From: Vibrio cholerae ATCC 14035
Lineage (GTDB): Bacteria; Pseudomonadota; Gammaproteobacteria; Enterobacterales; Vibrionaceae
Direction of reading: 5' to 3'
Length of the DNA stretch: 32,000 nt
Assembly: GCF_000621645.1 (NCBI RefSeq)
Contig: NZ_JHXR01000021.1
Coordinates: 1 to 32,000 of the forward strand
The position numbers and the translations under genes are program-made. The notes beneath the pieces were generated by a model. The model did no database searches. It worked only from the letters and a program-made list of their open reading frames with translations, and was not told the origin of the DNA. Shown here one piece after another: positions 16,557 to 27,355 of the stretch; the stretch's first letter is position 1; each line of letters starts with the position of its first letter.

Positions 16557-16621
16557 ATGAAGGCATCCTCTTCCTGCTAGAAGCTGCAGCGGTGTGAGCT
16601 GTAACGTCAAGTCGTTTGGGG
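16557..16621 (+). repeat. copy B of the short intergenic repeat family
   Basis: See copy A (2869-2924). Copy B lies immediately downstream of the ytfJ stop. It carries a 15-nt insertion (tgtgagctgtaacgt) relative to A. Confidence 0.55.
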
Positions 16622-16624
16622 CGA

Positions 16625-17176
16625 TTACAGATTTTGCTGAATCAAACCCAGTACGGTTTGAATGTCCGCTTCGTTGAGCGCCCCTTCTTTTACAAACAGC
16701 ACGTTACCTTGTTTGTCTTGCACTATGATCGCAGAGGATTCCGCTTGTAGCTGCCAGGCTTGGGCAACGAGACCAAACTCATCAAGCACCATAGATGACC
16801 AAGGAAACTCTTTTTTGCTGTCTTGCGCGGACGATTTCACAAAAGAGCTGGTGCCCCAAATGGCATCGTCTTGATTGATGATGGTGGTGGTTTGGTAACT
16901 CTCTGCTGGGAATTTCGCGGCGGTGATCGCGGCCATCAGTGGCGCATTCATCTCTTTTGAACTGCTACGGCCCGCAATCGCTTGAATGACGCGTACCTTG
17001 CCAAGTAGATCCGCAGAGCGCCATTTTTGGTAGTTGATGTTATTGTCTTGTAGGACGATTTCACCGTGCTTTTCGACACCAACCGCAGGTACCGGTGAGC
17101 CGATAGTCAGGTTGTGTGCGAAAGCGAGAGTGGGAGAGCATGCCAAGAGTAAGGCGATAAGTGTTTTATTTTTCAT
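16625..17176 (-). CDS. ytfJ: YtfJ-family periplasmic thioredoxin-fold protein
   Basis: 183 aa. Signal peptide MKNKTLIALLLACSPTLAFA. The block GEIVL.....YQKW.S..L.GKVRVIQAIAGRSS.KEMNAPL resembles E. coli YtfJ. Confidence 0.85.
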   Translation of the reverse strand: MKNKTLIALLLACSPTLAFAHNLTIGSPVPAVGVEKHGEIVLQDNNINYQKWRSADLLGKVRVIQAIAGRSSSKEMNAPLMAAITAAKFPAESYQTTTIINQDDAIWGTSSFVKSSAQDSKKEFPWSSMVLDEFGLVAQAWQLQAESSAIIVQDKQGNVLFVKEGALNEADIQTVLGLIQQNL

Positions 17177-17219
17177 GGTTTTGTTTCCTCAAGTTGAGCA
17201 AACAAAGGTATAGCACACA

Positions 17220-17248
17220 AATGAGGGGAAAGAGAAATTCCCCTCATT
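17220..17248 (-). terminator. stem-loop downstream of msrA (candidate terminator)
   Basis: 10-bp stem aatgagggga (17220-17229) / tcccctcatt (17239-17248), 10 nt after the msrA stop. The downstream minus-strand sequence ttgtgtgct is only moderately U-rich. Confidence 0.45.
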
Positions 17249-17257
17249 GAGATGTCT

Positions 17258-17896
17258 TTAGAGTGTGGAGTGTGGCGGGAAACAGACTCCTGTACCGCCT
17301 AGCCCACAATAACCATTCGGATTTTTGGCCAGATATTGCTGATGGTACGTCTCCGCGAAGTAATACGCTCCTGCGGGCAGAATCTCAGTGGTAATCGAGG
17401 GACGATGTTGCGCCGTCAGCAGGGCTTGATAAGCCGCTTTTGAGGCTTCTGCGATTTCGCGCTGATCTTCACTGAAAGTGTAAATGGCTGAGCGGTATTG
17501 CGTTCCGCGATCGTTGCCTTGACGCATGCCTTGCGTGGGATCGTGACGCTCCCAAAATGCGCGGAGCAGTTCAGTCAGTGGCAGGCGTTCTGGATCAAAA
17601 ATGACGCGCACGACCTCGGTATGGCCAGTTTTTCCACTGCACACTTCTTCATAGGTTGGATTGGGCGTAAAACCGCCTGAGTAGCCAACGGAGGTGGAGA
17701 TCACTCCATCCAGTTGCCAAAACAGGCGTTCAGCGCCCCAAAAGCAGCCCATACCAATCAAGATTTGTTGTTGACCGGATTGGGGCGCAGCAGTGAGTGA
17801 GCTGCCATTGACGAAATGCGTATCGTCAATCGACATCGCAGTAGTACGACCGGGTAAGGCGTTGTGTGCCGTAACCATGGTTTGTTTGTCGAGCAT
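17258..17896 (-). CDS. msrA: peptide-methionine (S)-S-oxide reductase MsrA
   Basis: 212 aa. Catalytic GCFWG motif plus [14 protein letters not shown] and HQQYLAKNP. Confidence 0.95.
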   Translation of the reverse strand: MLDKQTMVTAHNALPGRTTAMSIDDTHFVNGSSLTAAPQSGQQQILIGMGCFWGAERLFWQLDGVISTSVGYSGGFTPNPTYEEVCSGKTGHTEVVRVIFDPERLPLTELLRAFWERHDPTQGMRQGNDRGTQYRSAIYTFSEDQREIAEASKAAYQALLTAQHRPSITTEILPAGAYYFAETYHQQYLAKNPNGYCGLGGTGVCFPPHSTL

Positions 17897-17995
17897 GATG
17901 TTTCCTTACTGAAGTGGTGGCGCTGTCTCTTTGAATATCGCAAGCAGCAACGCCCTGATTATCTTCGATACAGACCGGAGATTTAACGGTTTTCG

Positions 17996-18035
17996 TACAG
18001 ACGCAGGGTTGCATTGACGTTATGATGCGTCTGTA
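17996..18035 (+). other. perfect 10-bp inverted repeat upstream of tamA (function unknown)
   Basis: tacagacgca (17996-18005) and tgcgtctgta (18026-18035) are separated by 20 nt. A third TACAGAC copy lies at 17969-17975 in the same ttcg(a)tacagac context. Confidence 0.5.
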
Positions 18036-18074
18036 GCAAAAATGTCACCGTTGTATAACGAGTCTAAATCAAGC

Positions 18075-19790
18075 ATGAGACGAAAATCACTTCCCGCTTT
18101 AATCTCGCTATGGCTGTTTTCAGCCGTATCTTACGCCGATGTGAAGCTCGAGATCACTGGAATAAGTGGCGCAGAGAAAGATAACGTGGAGGCGTATCTC
18201 TCATCGATCGCAGCACAAGACTATTCCACCAGTCTGCGTTTTCAATCTCAACTGGAAAGAAGTATGACCGAAGCGTTGAATGCACTCGGCTACTACCACC
18301 CCAGTATCGATTTTACTGTCTCTGAAGATAACCAGCGTTTACGCGCCGCAGTGACCTTGGGCGAAGTGACCCGTTTGAGCGAGGTTGATATTGTGATCCG
18401 CGGTGAAGCCGAAGGCGATCGCGATTTTCAACGTTTGATCCGCCGCAGTGGTTTGAGAGTGGATGCGCCGCTCAATCACAGTCTGTATGACAACCTCAAA
18501 TCGGGCATTCGTAACTTGGCGTTGCAAAAAGGCTACTTTAATGGTGATTTTCAGGCCAGCCGGCTGGAAGTGATTCCAGAGCTGAATCAAGCTCGGGTGA
18601 TTTTGCACTTTGATAGCGGGATCCGTTACCTGTTTGGAGCGACCACGGTCGAAGGCAGTCAAATCGATGAAAATCGCGTGATGTCGCTGCGCCCTTTCAA
18701 ACAAGGCGAGCCCTATTTGGTGTCGCAAGTCGGCGAGTTTAACCAAAATCTTTCCAATACAGATTGGTTCTCTTCGGTGTTTGTTGAGCCGGACTTATCG
18801 CAGTTGGATGAGGGGCGTGAGTTGCCGATCAAGGTGACCTTAGCACCGCAAGCACGCAATCAACTGGAAACCGGTTTAGGCTATTCCACGGACGTTGGAG
18901 TACGTGGTTCATTAAAATGGAAGAAACCTTGGGTGAACAGCCAAGGGCACAGTTTTGACAGCAGTTTCTCTCTTTCTATACCAGAGCAGACCATTACGGC
19001 GGGTTACAAGATCCCACTGGAAGATGCGTTAAATGAGTACTATCGCATTCAGTACGGGATGAAGCATTTGGACAAGCGTGATACCGAGAGCTTGGAATCT
19101 AATCTATCACTTGAACGCCATTGGCAGTTGGATGGCGGCTGGCATCGCACGGTCTTTATTCGTTATCTCTTAGAGAATTATCGTCAGGGTTTACAAGATG
19201 ATAACAGCCAATTTTTATTGCCGGGGATGACTTATACCCGTACGCGGACTCGCTCCAACAGTGGCTTACTGACTTGGGGCGATAAACAGACGATTACCTT
19301 GGAATATGGCGATCCAGCATTGCTTTCAGAAACACGGGTATTGCGTTTACAAACCGGATCTTCTTGGTTACGAACTTATGCACGCAATCACCGCGCCTTA
19401 GTTCGCGTTGATGGTGGAGCCAACTTGGTGGATGAATTTGACCAACTCTCGCCCTCGCTGCGTTTCTTTGCCGGTGGTGATAACAATTTGCGCGGATACG
19501 GTTACAAGTCGATTTCACCGCAAGATGCCAGTGGCGCCTTGACGGGGGCGAAATACATCGCCACCAGCTCAATCGAATATCAATACCGTTTAACCGGCAA
19601 CTGGTGGGCGGCGATGTTCATGGATGTCGGTGATGCGTTTAACGATAATCCTGAATGGAAGAAAGGGGTCGGTACTGGGATCCGCTGGATTTCGCCCGTT
19701 GGTCCTATTCGGCTCGATTTCGCATGGGGGCTGGATGCCGCGCCGGGCGATGAGTTCAAAATCCACTTCACTTTAGGGCCTGAATTATGA
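18075..19790 (+). CDS. tamA: translocation and assembly module outer-membrane protein TamA (Omp85 family)
   Basis: Signal peptide MRRKSLPALISLWLFSAVSYA, POTRA-like repeats, and a C-terminal 16-strand barrel with the RGY motif (FFAGGDNNLRGYGYKS). I place the start at ATG 18075. The ORF track starts at 18042. Confidence 0.9.
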   Translation: MRRKSLPALISLWLFSAVSYADVKLEITGISGAEKDNVEAYLSSIAAQDYSTSLRFQSQLERSMTEALNALGYYHPSIDFTVSEDNQRLRAAVTLGEVTRLSEVDIVIRGEAEGDRDFQRLIRRSGLRVDAPLNHSLYDNLKSGIRNLALQKGYFNGDFQASRLEVIPELNQARVILHFDSGIRYLFGATTVEGSQIDENRVMSLRPFKQGEPYLVSQVGEFNQNLSNTDWFSSVFVEPDLSQLDEGRELPIKVTLAPQARNQLETGLGYSTDVGVRGSLKWKKPWVNSQGHSFDSSFSLSIPEQTITAGYKIPLEDALNEYYRIQYGMKHLDKRDTESLESNLSLERHWQLDGGWHRTVFIRYLLENYRQGLQDDNSQFLLPGMTYTRTRTRSNSGLLTWGDKQTITLEYGDPALLSETRVLRLQTGSSWLRTYARNHRALVRVDGGANLVDEFDQLSPSLRFFAGGDNNLRGYGYKSISPQDASGALTGAKYIATSSIEYQYRLTGNWWAAMFMDVGDAFNDNPEWKKGVGTGIRWISPVGPIRLDFAWGLDAAPGDEFKIHFTLGPEL

Positions 19791-22700
19791 TCAAACGGGC
19801 GTTAAAGTGGACCAAATGGCTCTCTATGTCGCTGTTGGTGTTAGTGATCTTGCTGGTGCTGGCTTTGGCGGGGGCGCTGTTTACCAACCCCGGTTTGCAT
19901 GCGGTTTTGTGGGGCGCGCAGCAAGCATTGCCGCAGTTGAAAGTGGAGCAAGCGCAGGGTGCACTGTTTCCGCGTTTTACTTTGCAAGGGGTCGATTATG
20001 CGGATAGTGAGCTTAATCTGAGCTTTTCTGTGCAAAAGCTAAGCTTGGCGATTAACCCCAACTGCTTATTGGAACCCAGTATCTGTATCAATGAGCTGGC
20101 GCTATCTGGAGTCAAGTTAGATCTCCCCTCATTAGCAGAGAGTGAACCGACACCTGATGAGCCCGATTCTGAGCCGCTGGGAGACATTTCCACGCCCATC
20201 CCGATTCGCTTAGGTCAGTTAGCGCTACAAGATATTGAATTAAATATTCTGGGTAACCGAGTGGCGTGGCAGCAATTGACCACGCGAGCGTCTTGGCAAG
20301 GCAATCGCCTGCGTATCGGGCAAACCGAGTGGCAGGGGATCCGTCTTGCGTTAGCGGAGAGTGAAGCCTCAACCGAACCCGAGGCGGTTCAAGCGGCAAC
20401 CTCTGATAGCGCAGAACCTTTGCAACTGCCAGATGTGATGATCCCGCTGCACATTGAGTTAGCGCGTTTCGATATTCGTGATTTTCGTTTAGAACAAGAG
20501 ACGCCGATCATCGTCAATCATCTAGCTTTGCAAGCGACTGCCGCGCAGCACGACGTCTCTATCTCTAGTCTTGAGCTGAGCATGCCGGAGCTGGATGCGC
20601 AATTGAACGCACAAGCGACGCTCAGTCAAGATTATCCCATTCAGTTAGAACTGCGCAGTCAAGTGCATCTTGCTGATTTTAAAGGCCAAACATTATCACT
20701 GGTCGCGCAGGGTAGTCTTGCGGATCTCACTGTACAAGCCAATCTAGACTCGTTAGCTCAAGCGCAGTTGAACAGCCACTTTAATCTGCTGGATGCCGAT
20801 ATACCGTTTGATCTACAACTGAGTCAGGTGAAAGCGCAGTGGCCCATGTTGGGGGAAGGGGATTATCACGTTGAGGTTCCGGAGTTAAGCATTCAGGGCT
20901 CCTTGGCCAAGTATCAGTTCGCCTTGCAGGGTGCGTTACAGGGCAAAGATTTACCGAATGTGAGTTTAGCCCTGCAAGGGCATGGCAATCTGGATGAAGT
21001 CGCGTTGCAATCACTTAAAGTCGATACGCTTGGCGGCTTAGTGACGGGCAATGCTGTGGCAAATTGGAAAAATCCGCTCAATTGGGCCGCTCGGTTAAAC
21101 CTGAAAAATATTCAGCCCGGTCTGCAATGGCCTGAAGCAGAAGGCAAGATCAGTGGTGAGCTTGATACCTCTGGCGCTTTGACTGAGCAAGGTGGCTGGC
21201 AAGTGGAGGTTTCACGCTTAGCCATTAAAGGGGTATTACGTGATTATCCGCTTAAAATGTTAGGCGAACTCAGCGCCTCCGATGTCCAAGGGCAAGGGGA
21301 TATCGCGTTACAAACTAAGGGAGTTTCCTTAGTGCATGGGCCGAACTCCCTCACCGCTAAAGGTCAGTTGAGTAAGCAGTGGCGGATGTCGGTGGAGTTG
21401 GATGTACCGGATTTGAGTAAATCCCTGCCCGATGCGAAAGGCAAAGTGATTGGCGATGTGCTGCTGCGAGGTGATCTCAAACAGCCACGGGTCAAATTGG
21501 TGCTGGATGCTGATAGCTTGCAATGGCAAGAGTTAGGCTCGATTGGGCATGTCACTTTGCAAGGAAATCTCGTGCCACTGCCTGAGCCTCAAGGCGAGCT
21601 CACCTTACAAGTGCGCGATATTCAGTACCAAGATCAACGAATTGATACTGTTGATTTAAAAGCACAAGGCTCTCAGAGAAAACATGAGGTGACACTCGAT
21701 GTCACCTCTGATCTCGCTTCGACCAGCTTGGCGATGAATGGCCGATTGCGTACTGAACCCACACTGCGCTGGCAAGGTGAGCTGGAGCGCATGTGGTTAA
21801 ATTCACCGCAAGGGCAATGGTTATTACAACAGGCGACCGCTCTCTCGTTTGATCAGAGAATGGAGCGCGTGACCGTCGCCGCTCACTGTTGGGTGCAAGG
21901 GGAGGCTTCGCTCTGTTTAGAAGAAGAGGCCGAGTTAGGGGCGCGGGGTGAGGCGCGCTTAGCGATTAAGCAGTTTGATTTTAAGCAGCTCGCCGGTGTC
22001 CTGCCTAAGGAAACCAAACTCAGTGGCGGTTTGAATGGCCAAGTGTGTGCTAAGTGGGCTCCGAAAGCGGCGCCGCAGTTGCAAGCCAATCTTGAGTTAA
22101 CCCAAGGTCAGGTGACGCAAAAGCTGAATAAAAGCGTGACGTTTGGTTGGGATAAAGCGCAATTTTCTGCCCAATTGGCGAAAAATCAGCTGCAAGCCAG
22201 TTGGTTATTAGATGCAACCGATAATGGTGATCTCTCGGGCAATATCCAAATTGCCGATGTGCGTGCTGAACAGAAAACCATGCTCGGTTCACTTAACTTA
22301 ACCACGTTTAATCTGGATTTCTTGCAACCGTTGATTGGTGAACTTAGTGAAGCGAAATCCAATATTAATGCCGATGTACAATTTCATGGCCCGATGCTGC
22401 ATCCGCAATTGAACGGTGAAATTGCGATCAATGATATTCGCGTAAAAGGTGAGATCTCGCCGGTTGATGTGCAATCCGGTCAAGTGTCACTTAAATTTAA
22501 TGGTTATCAGGCAGTGTTAAATGCTGATATCCAGACCACCGATGGTTTGCTGGAAGTCGATGGTGATGCCGATTGGCAACAGATAGAGGATTGGCGACTC
22601 AAAGCGCGAGTGCATACTCCCTCAATGATGGTTGAGCTGCCACCTATGGTGCGAGTCAAGGTGATCCCTGATTTAACCTTGACCATGCAACCTCAACTGG

Positions 22701-23551
22701 CACGAGTGACGGGTAATATAGCGCTGCCGTGGGGGCGGATTGTGGTCGAAGAGTTACCGCCGAGCGCGATTGGGGTATCGAAAGATCAAATTTTGCTGAA
22801 TGCGGATTTTGAGCCACTGACTGACAAAGAGCGGATCCCGTTCAGTGTGGAGAGTGACGTCAATGTGCAAATTGGCGACGATTTCCAACTCAGTGCTTTT
22901 GGTCTACAAGGTAACTTAGTCGGACGTCTCAATGTAGCGCAAAAGGATAAAGGGCCGTTTATTTTGGGTGAGGTGAACATTCGCAATGGTCAATACCGCT
23001 CATTTGGACAAGATCTGCAGATCAAAGAAGGGAAGATCTTGATGAATGGCCCGGTGGATCAGCCGTATTTGGCGATCACGGCGATCCGTAATCCCAACAA
23101 CACGCAAGATGGCGTGGTTGCTGGGGTGCGAGTCAGTGGACCCTCGGATGAGCCGTCACTCACCATCTTCTCTGAACCTGCAATGCCACAAGCCAATGCG
23201 CTGTCGTATTTGTTGCGTGGACAAAATATTGATGGGGAAGCCGGGGGCAACGCCATGACCACCACCTTGATTGGTCTGAGTTTAGCGCAGAGCGGTAAAC
23301 TGGTCGGCGAGATAGGCCAAGCGTTTGGTGTGCAGGATCTGCAACTGGATACGGCAGGTTCTGGGGACGATTCGCAGGTCACGGTCAGTGGTTATATTCT
23401 GCCCGGCTTGCAAGTGAAATATGGTGTAGGTATTTTTAACTCAGTCGGCGAATTTACTGTGCGTTATCGCTTGATGCAGGATCTGTATTTGGAGGCCGTC
23501 TCCGGTGTCGACAGCGCCGTAGATCTGCTCTATCAGTTCGAATTTAACTAA
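19787..23551 (+). CDS. tamB: translocation and assembly module inner-membrane protein TamB (DUF490)
   Basis: 1254 aa. N-terminal signal-anchor, a long beta-rich repeat body, and a C-terminal DUF490-like end (VSGYILPGLQVKYGVGIFN...YRL...LYLEAVSG). The ATG overlaps the tamA TGA as ATGA. Confidence 0.9.
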   Translation: MIKRALKWTKWLSMSLLVLVILLVLALAGALFTNPGLHAVLWGAQQALPQLKVEQAQGALFPRFTLQGVDYADSELNLSFSVQKLSLAINPNCLLEPSICINELALSGVKLDLPSLAESEPTPDEPDSEPLGDISTPIPIRLGQLALQDIELNILGNRVAWQQLTTRASWQGNRLRIGQTEWQGIRLALAESEASTEPEAVQAATSDSAEPLQLPDVMIPLHIELARFDIRDFRLEQETPIIVNHLALQATAAQHDVSISSLELSMPELDAQLNAQATLSQDYPIQLELRSQVHLADFKGQTLSLVAQGSLADLTVQANLDSLAQAQLNSHFNLLDADIPFDLQLSQVKAQWPMLGEGDYHVEVPELSIQGSLAKYQFALQGALQGKDLPNVSLALQGHGNLDEVALQSLKVDTLGGLVTGNAVANWKNPLNWAARLNLKNIQPGLQWPEAEGKISGELDTSGALTEQGGWQVEVSRLAIKGVLRDYPLKMLGELSASDVQGQGDIALQTKGVSLVHGPNSLTAKGQLSKQWRMSVELDVPDLSKSLPDAKGKVIGDVLLRGDLKQPRVKLVLDADSLQWQELGSIGHVTLQGNLVPLPEPQGELTLQVRDIQYQDQRIDTVDLKAQGSQRKHEVTLDVTSDLASTSLAMNGRLRTEPTLRWQGELERMWLNSPQGQWLLQQATALSFDQRMERVTVAAHCWVQGEASLCLEEEAELGARGEARLAIKQFDFKQLAGVLPKETKLSGGLNGQVCAKWAPKAAPQLQANLELTQGQVTQKLNKSVTFGWDKAQFSAQLAKNQLQASWLLDATDNGDLSGNIQIADVRAEQKTMLGSLNLTTFNLDFLQPLIGELSEAKSNINADVQFHGPMLHPQLNGEIAINDIRVKGEISPVDVQSGQVSLKFNGYQAVLNADIQTTDGLLEVDGDADWQQIEDWRLKARVHTPSMMVELPPMVRVKVIPDLTLTMQPQLARVTGNIALPWGRIVVEELPPSAIGVSKDQILLNADFEPLTDKERIPFSVESDVNVQIGDDFQLSAFGLQGNLVGRLNVAQKDKGPFILGEVNIRNGQYRSFGQDLQIKEGKILMNGPVDQPYLAITAIRNPNNTQDGVVAGVRVSGPSDEPSLTIFSEPAMPQANALSYLLRGQNIDGEAGGNAMTTTLIGLSLAQSGKLVGEIGQAFGVQDLQLDTAGSGDDSQVTVSGYILPGLQVKYGVGIFNSVGEFTVRYRLMQDLYLEAVSGVDSAVDLLYQFEFN

Positions 23552-23561
23552 GGAGAGAGAT

Positions 23562-23909
23562 GTGCAGCACCTCGTTTTTGTGTATGGCACTTTGCGTCAT
23601 GGAGAGAGCAACCACACGTATTTACAACACAGTCAGTTGCTTGGTCAGTTTGAAACTAAACCTGAATACGCCTTGTATGATCTAGGCGCGTATCCCGGAT
23701 TGGTGGAAGGGCATCAATCGGTGCATGGTGAAGTCTATCTCGTGGATGAACACACTTTAGCGCAGCTAGATATTTTGGAAGATGTGCCAGTGGAATATCG
23801 GCGTGACACGATTGAGACACCGTTTGGTACCGCGTGGATCTATATTTATCAAGAGACCCATCGCTTACATTCGCTGATTGATTCCGGAGATTGGTGTCAG
23901 CGTGCCTAG
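23562..23909 (+). CDS. ytfP: gamma-glutamylcyclotransferase-like protein YtfP
   Basis: 115 aa. VFVYGTLRHGESNH is the GGCT/AIG2 motif. GTG start 10 nt after the tamB stop. Same tamA-tamB-ytfP order as E. coli. Confidence 0.85.
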   Translation: MQHLVFVYGTLRHGESNHTYLQHSQLLGQFETKPEYALYDLGAYPGLVEGHQSVHGEVYLVDEHTLAQLDILEDVPVEYRRDTIETPFGTAWIYIYQETHRLHSLIDSGDWCQRA

Positions 23910-23924
23910 TTCTGACCTACAAAG

Positions 23925-23952
23925 AAAAAAGCCAGCTTACGCTGGCTTTTTT
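23925..23952. terminator. bidirectional rho-independent terminator between convergent ytfP and ppa
   Basis: aaaaaa-gccagc-ttac-gctggc-tttttt. Confidence 0.8.
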
Positions 23953-23968
23953 GTGCTCAAACGTGGGC

Positions 23969-24499
23969 TTATTTGTTTTGCGCACGCTCGTAAGAGCTCA
24001 GGATTTCAGCGCGAGCAGAAGCGGCATCTTCCCAGCCATCCACTTTTACCCATTTACCTGATTCTAGCTCTTTGTAACGCTCGAAGAAGTGAGTGATCTG
24101 CGCTTTCAGCAGCGCTGGCAGATCGTTCACGTCTTGGATGTGATCGTATTCTTTAGAGATCTTAGTGTGCGGTACTGCAACCACTTTCGCGTCTTCACCG
24201 GATTCGTCAGTCATCTTCAGCACGCCAACTGGACGGCAGCGGATCACAGAACCTGGGATGAGTGGATATGGCGTTGGAACCAAAACGTCTACTGGGTCAC
24301 CATCGAGTGACAGAGTGTGGTTCACGTAGCCGTAGTTGCATGGGTAGAACATCGGCGCTGACATAAAGCGGTCTACGAATACTGCGCCAGACTCTTTGTC
24401 GACTTCGTATTTGATTGGGTCAGCATTGGCAGGGATTTCGATCACTACATAGATATCATCAGGCAGTGACTTGCCCGCTGGCACATTGTTTAAGCTCAT
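23969..24499 (-). CDS. ppa: inorganic pyrophosphatase
   Basis: 176 aa from ATG 24499 ([24 protein letters not shown]...). DGDPVDVLV active-site motif. An aagga SD lies upstream. The ORF-track start 24574 adds an unsupported 25 aa. Confidence 0.95.
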   Translation of the reverse strand: MSLNNVPAGKSLPDDIYVVIEIPANADPIKYEVDKESGAVFVDRFMSAPMFYPCNYGYVNHTLSLDGDPVDVLVPTPYPLIPGSVIRCRPVGVLKMTDESGEDAKVVAVPHTKISKEYDHIQDVNDLPALLKAQITHFFERYKELESGKWVKVDGWEDAASARAEILSSYERAQNK

Positions 24500-24633
24500 T
24501 AACGGTTTCCTTTTTTCTGTTGGCCGGACTTCAAATTCGGGATTTATTATTATGCATGTTTGCCGATGGCGCAAAATGCACCCGTCAGCAAAGGGGTGAG
24601 TTTACTCTCAAAATAAAGGATCCCCAAGCCGAC

Positions 24634-24664
24634 AGAGAGAAAAAGCGCCGCATGGAGCGGCGCT
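24634..24664 (-). terminator. rho-independent terminator downstream of fbp
   Basis: Stem agcgccgc (24644-24651) / gcggcgct (24657-24664). On the minus strand ttttctctct follows. It lies 8 nt after the fbp stop. Confidence 0.7.
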
Positions 24665-24671
24665 AATAAGC

Positions 24672-25691
<1,020 letters not shown>

Positions 25692-25987
25692 TTAACACTA
25701 TTGGGTCGGGGGTACGCCCATTTGTTGACCTAAGGTTAGTGAAGTGCAACAAACGGGTTGAGCAAGATGATGGGATCCTCTGATGGAATCGATTGCGCTA
25801 TGCACCTTGTCTGTAGTGAATTGTAAAACTTAGATCTTTTTACGGGTATTGAACTAACCGACGGAGATCTCACTTTGATTGTCGACCATTTCGAATTTAC
25901 ACCACGCTGAGCTGCTGCACTCGCTTTTGCGTAGCGGATCGGGATAATGGAGCCATTCCAATCGCACAGTAAAAAGGCTGGGTTTTT

Positions 25988-27343
25988 ATGCACATTCATA
26001 TCTTGGGAATTTGTGGCACGTTCATGGGCGGCGTTGCGATGTTAGCGCGTCAATTGGGTCATAAAGTCACCGGCAGCGATGCCAATGTTTACCCGCCAAT
26101 GAGTACCATGTTAGAGGCGCAAGGCATCGAGATCATTGAAGGTTTTGACCCTGCTCAACTTGAGCCCAAGCCTGATCTGGTGGTGATTGGCAACGCGATG
26201 AGTCGTGGTAACTCTTGCGTGGAATACGTGCTCAACCACAACCTGCGCTACACCTCTGGCCCACAGTGGCTACAAGATTTTCTGCTGCATGATCGTTGGG
26301 TGATCGCGGTATCGGGAACGCATGGCAAAACCACCACTTCAAGCATGATTGCTTGGGTACTGGAGCATTGCGGCTATCAACCGGGTTTCTTAGTCGGTGG
26401 TGTGTTGGGGAATTTCGGTATTTCTGCACGTTTAGGCGAAAGCATGTTTTTTGTGGTTGAAGCTGACGAATACGACAGTGCTTTTTTCGATAAGCGTTCT
26501 AAGTTCGTGCATTACCATCCGCGCACTTTAGTGATGAACAACCTAGAGTTCGATCATGCAGACATTTTCGATAACTTAGAGGCGATCAAGCGCCAATTTC
26601 ATCATTTGGTACGTACTGTGCCGGGTAATGGCCGGATTCTCGCGCCTAAGCAAGATGAAGCTTTAGCCGATGTTTTACAGCGCGGCTGTTGGAGCGAAAC
26701 CGAGTTCAGTGGTGAGCAAGGCGAGTGGCAAGCAGAAAAAATTACCGCTGATGGTTCACAGTTCCACGTTTTATTCAAAGGTGAACGTGTAGGCCAAGTG
26801 AATTGGAGTTTGGTGGGCGATCACAACGTCAGTAATGCACTGATGGCGATTGCTGCAGCGCGTCACGTCGGGGTTTCTCCAGAGCTGGCTTGTGAAGCGC
26901 TGGGGCTGTTTGTCAACACCAAGCGCCGCTTAGAGCTGAAAGGTGAAATCAATGGGGTAACGGTGTACGACGATTTTGCCCATCACCCGACGGCGATTGA
27001 ACTTACGCTCGGCGGTTTACGTAACAAGGTGGGCGATAAGAAAATCATCGCCGTACTTGAGCCGCGCTCTGCCACTATGAAGCTGGGCGTGCACAAAGAA
27101 ACCTTGGCCGCTTCGTTGCACAGCGCCGATTCGGTTTATCTTTACCAGCCGTCTAACATTCCTTGGTCGGTGGAAGAGGTCGCGAAACAGTGTCAACAGC
27201 CTGCGCAAGTCAGCGCCAATATGGATGAATTTGTGGCTATGATTGCCAAAGAAGCCCAAGCGGGTGACCAGATTTTGGTGATGAGCAACGGTGGCTTTGA
27301 AGGCATTCATGGCAAGTTGCTCGCGGCACTGCAACAGAAATAA
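25988..27343 (+). CDS. mpl: UDP-N-acetylmuramate:L-alanyl-gamma-D-glutamyl-meso-DAP ligase (murein peptide ligase)
   Basis: 451 aa. MHIHILGICGTFMGGVA N-terminus and Mur-ligase P-loop GTHGKTTT. Confidence 0.93.
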   Translation: MHIHILGICGTFMGGVAMLARQLGHKVTGSDANVYPPMSTMLEAQGIEIIEGFDPAQLEPKPDLVVIGNAMSRGNSCVEYVLNHNLRYTSGPQWLQDFLLHDRWVIAVSGTHGKTTTSSMIAWVLEHCGYQPGFLVGGVLGNFGISARLGESMFFVVEADEYDSAFFDKRSKFVHYHPRTLVMNNLEFDHADIFDNLEAIKRQFHHLVRTVPGNGRILAPKQDEALADVLQRGCWSETEFSGEQGEWQAEKITADGSQFHVLFKGERVGQVNWSLVGDHNVSNALMAIAAARHVGVSPELACEALGLFVNTKRRLELKGEINGVTVYDDFAHHPTAIELTLGGLRNKVGDKKIIAVLEPRSATMKLGVHKETLAASLHSADSVYLYQPSNIPWSVEEVAKQCQQPAQVSANMDEFVAMIAKEAQAGDQILVMSNGGFEGIHGKLLAALQQK

Positions 27344-27355
27344 TTTAAGGTGAGC

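Noticed and set aside
25785-25796. Cra/FruR operator upstream of fbp
   Set aside because: The central aatcgatt is palindromic, but the flanking TG/CA consensus positions are mismatched on both sides. That is too weak to call as a feature.
25736-25999. 87-aa minus-strand ORF in the fbp-mpl spacer
   Set aside because: No SD and no recognisable motif. Its start overlaps the mpl start codon region. Its composition is unlike neighbouring genes. It is most likely a chance ORF in a promoter region.
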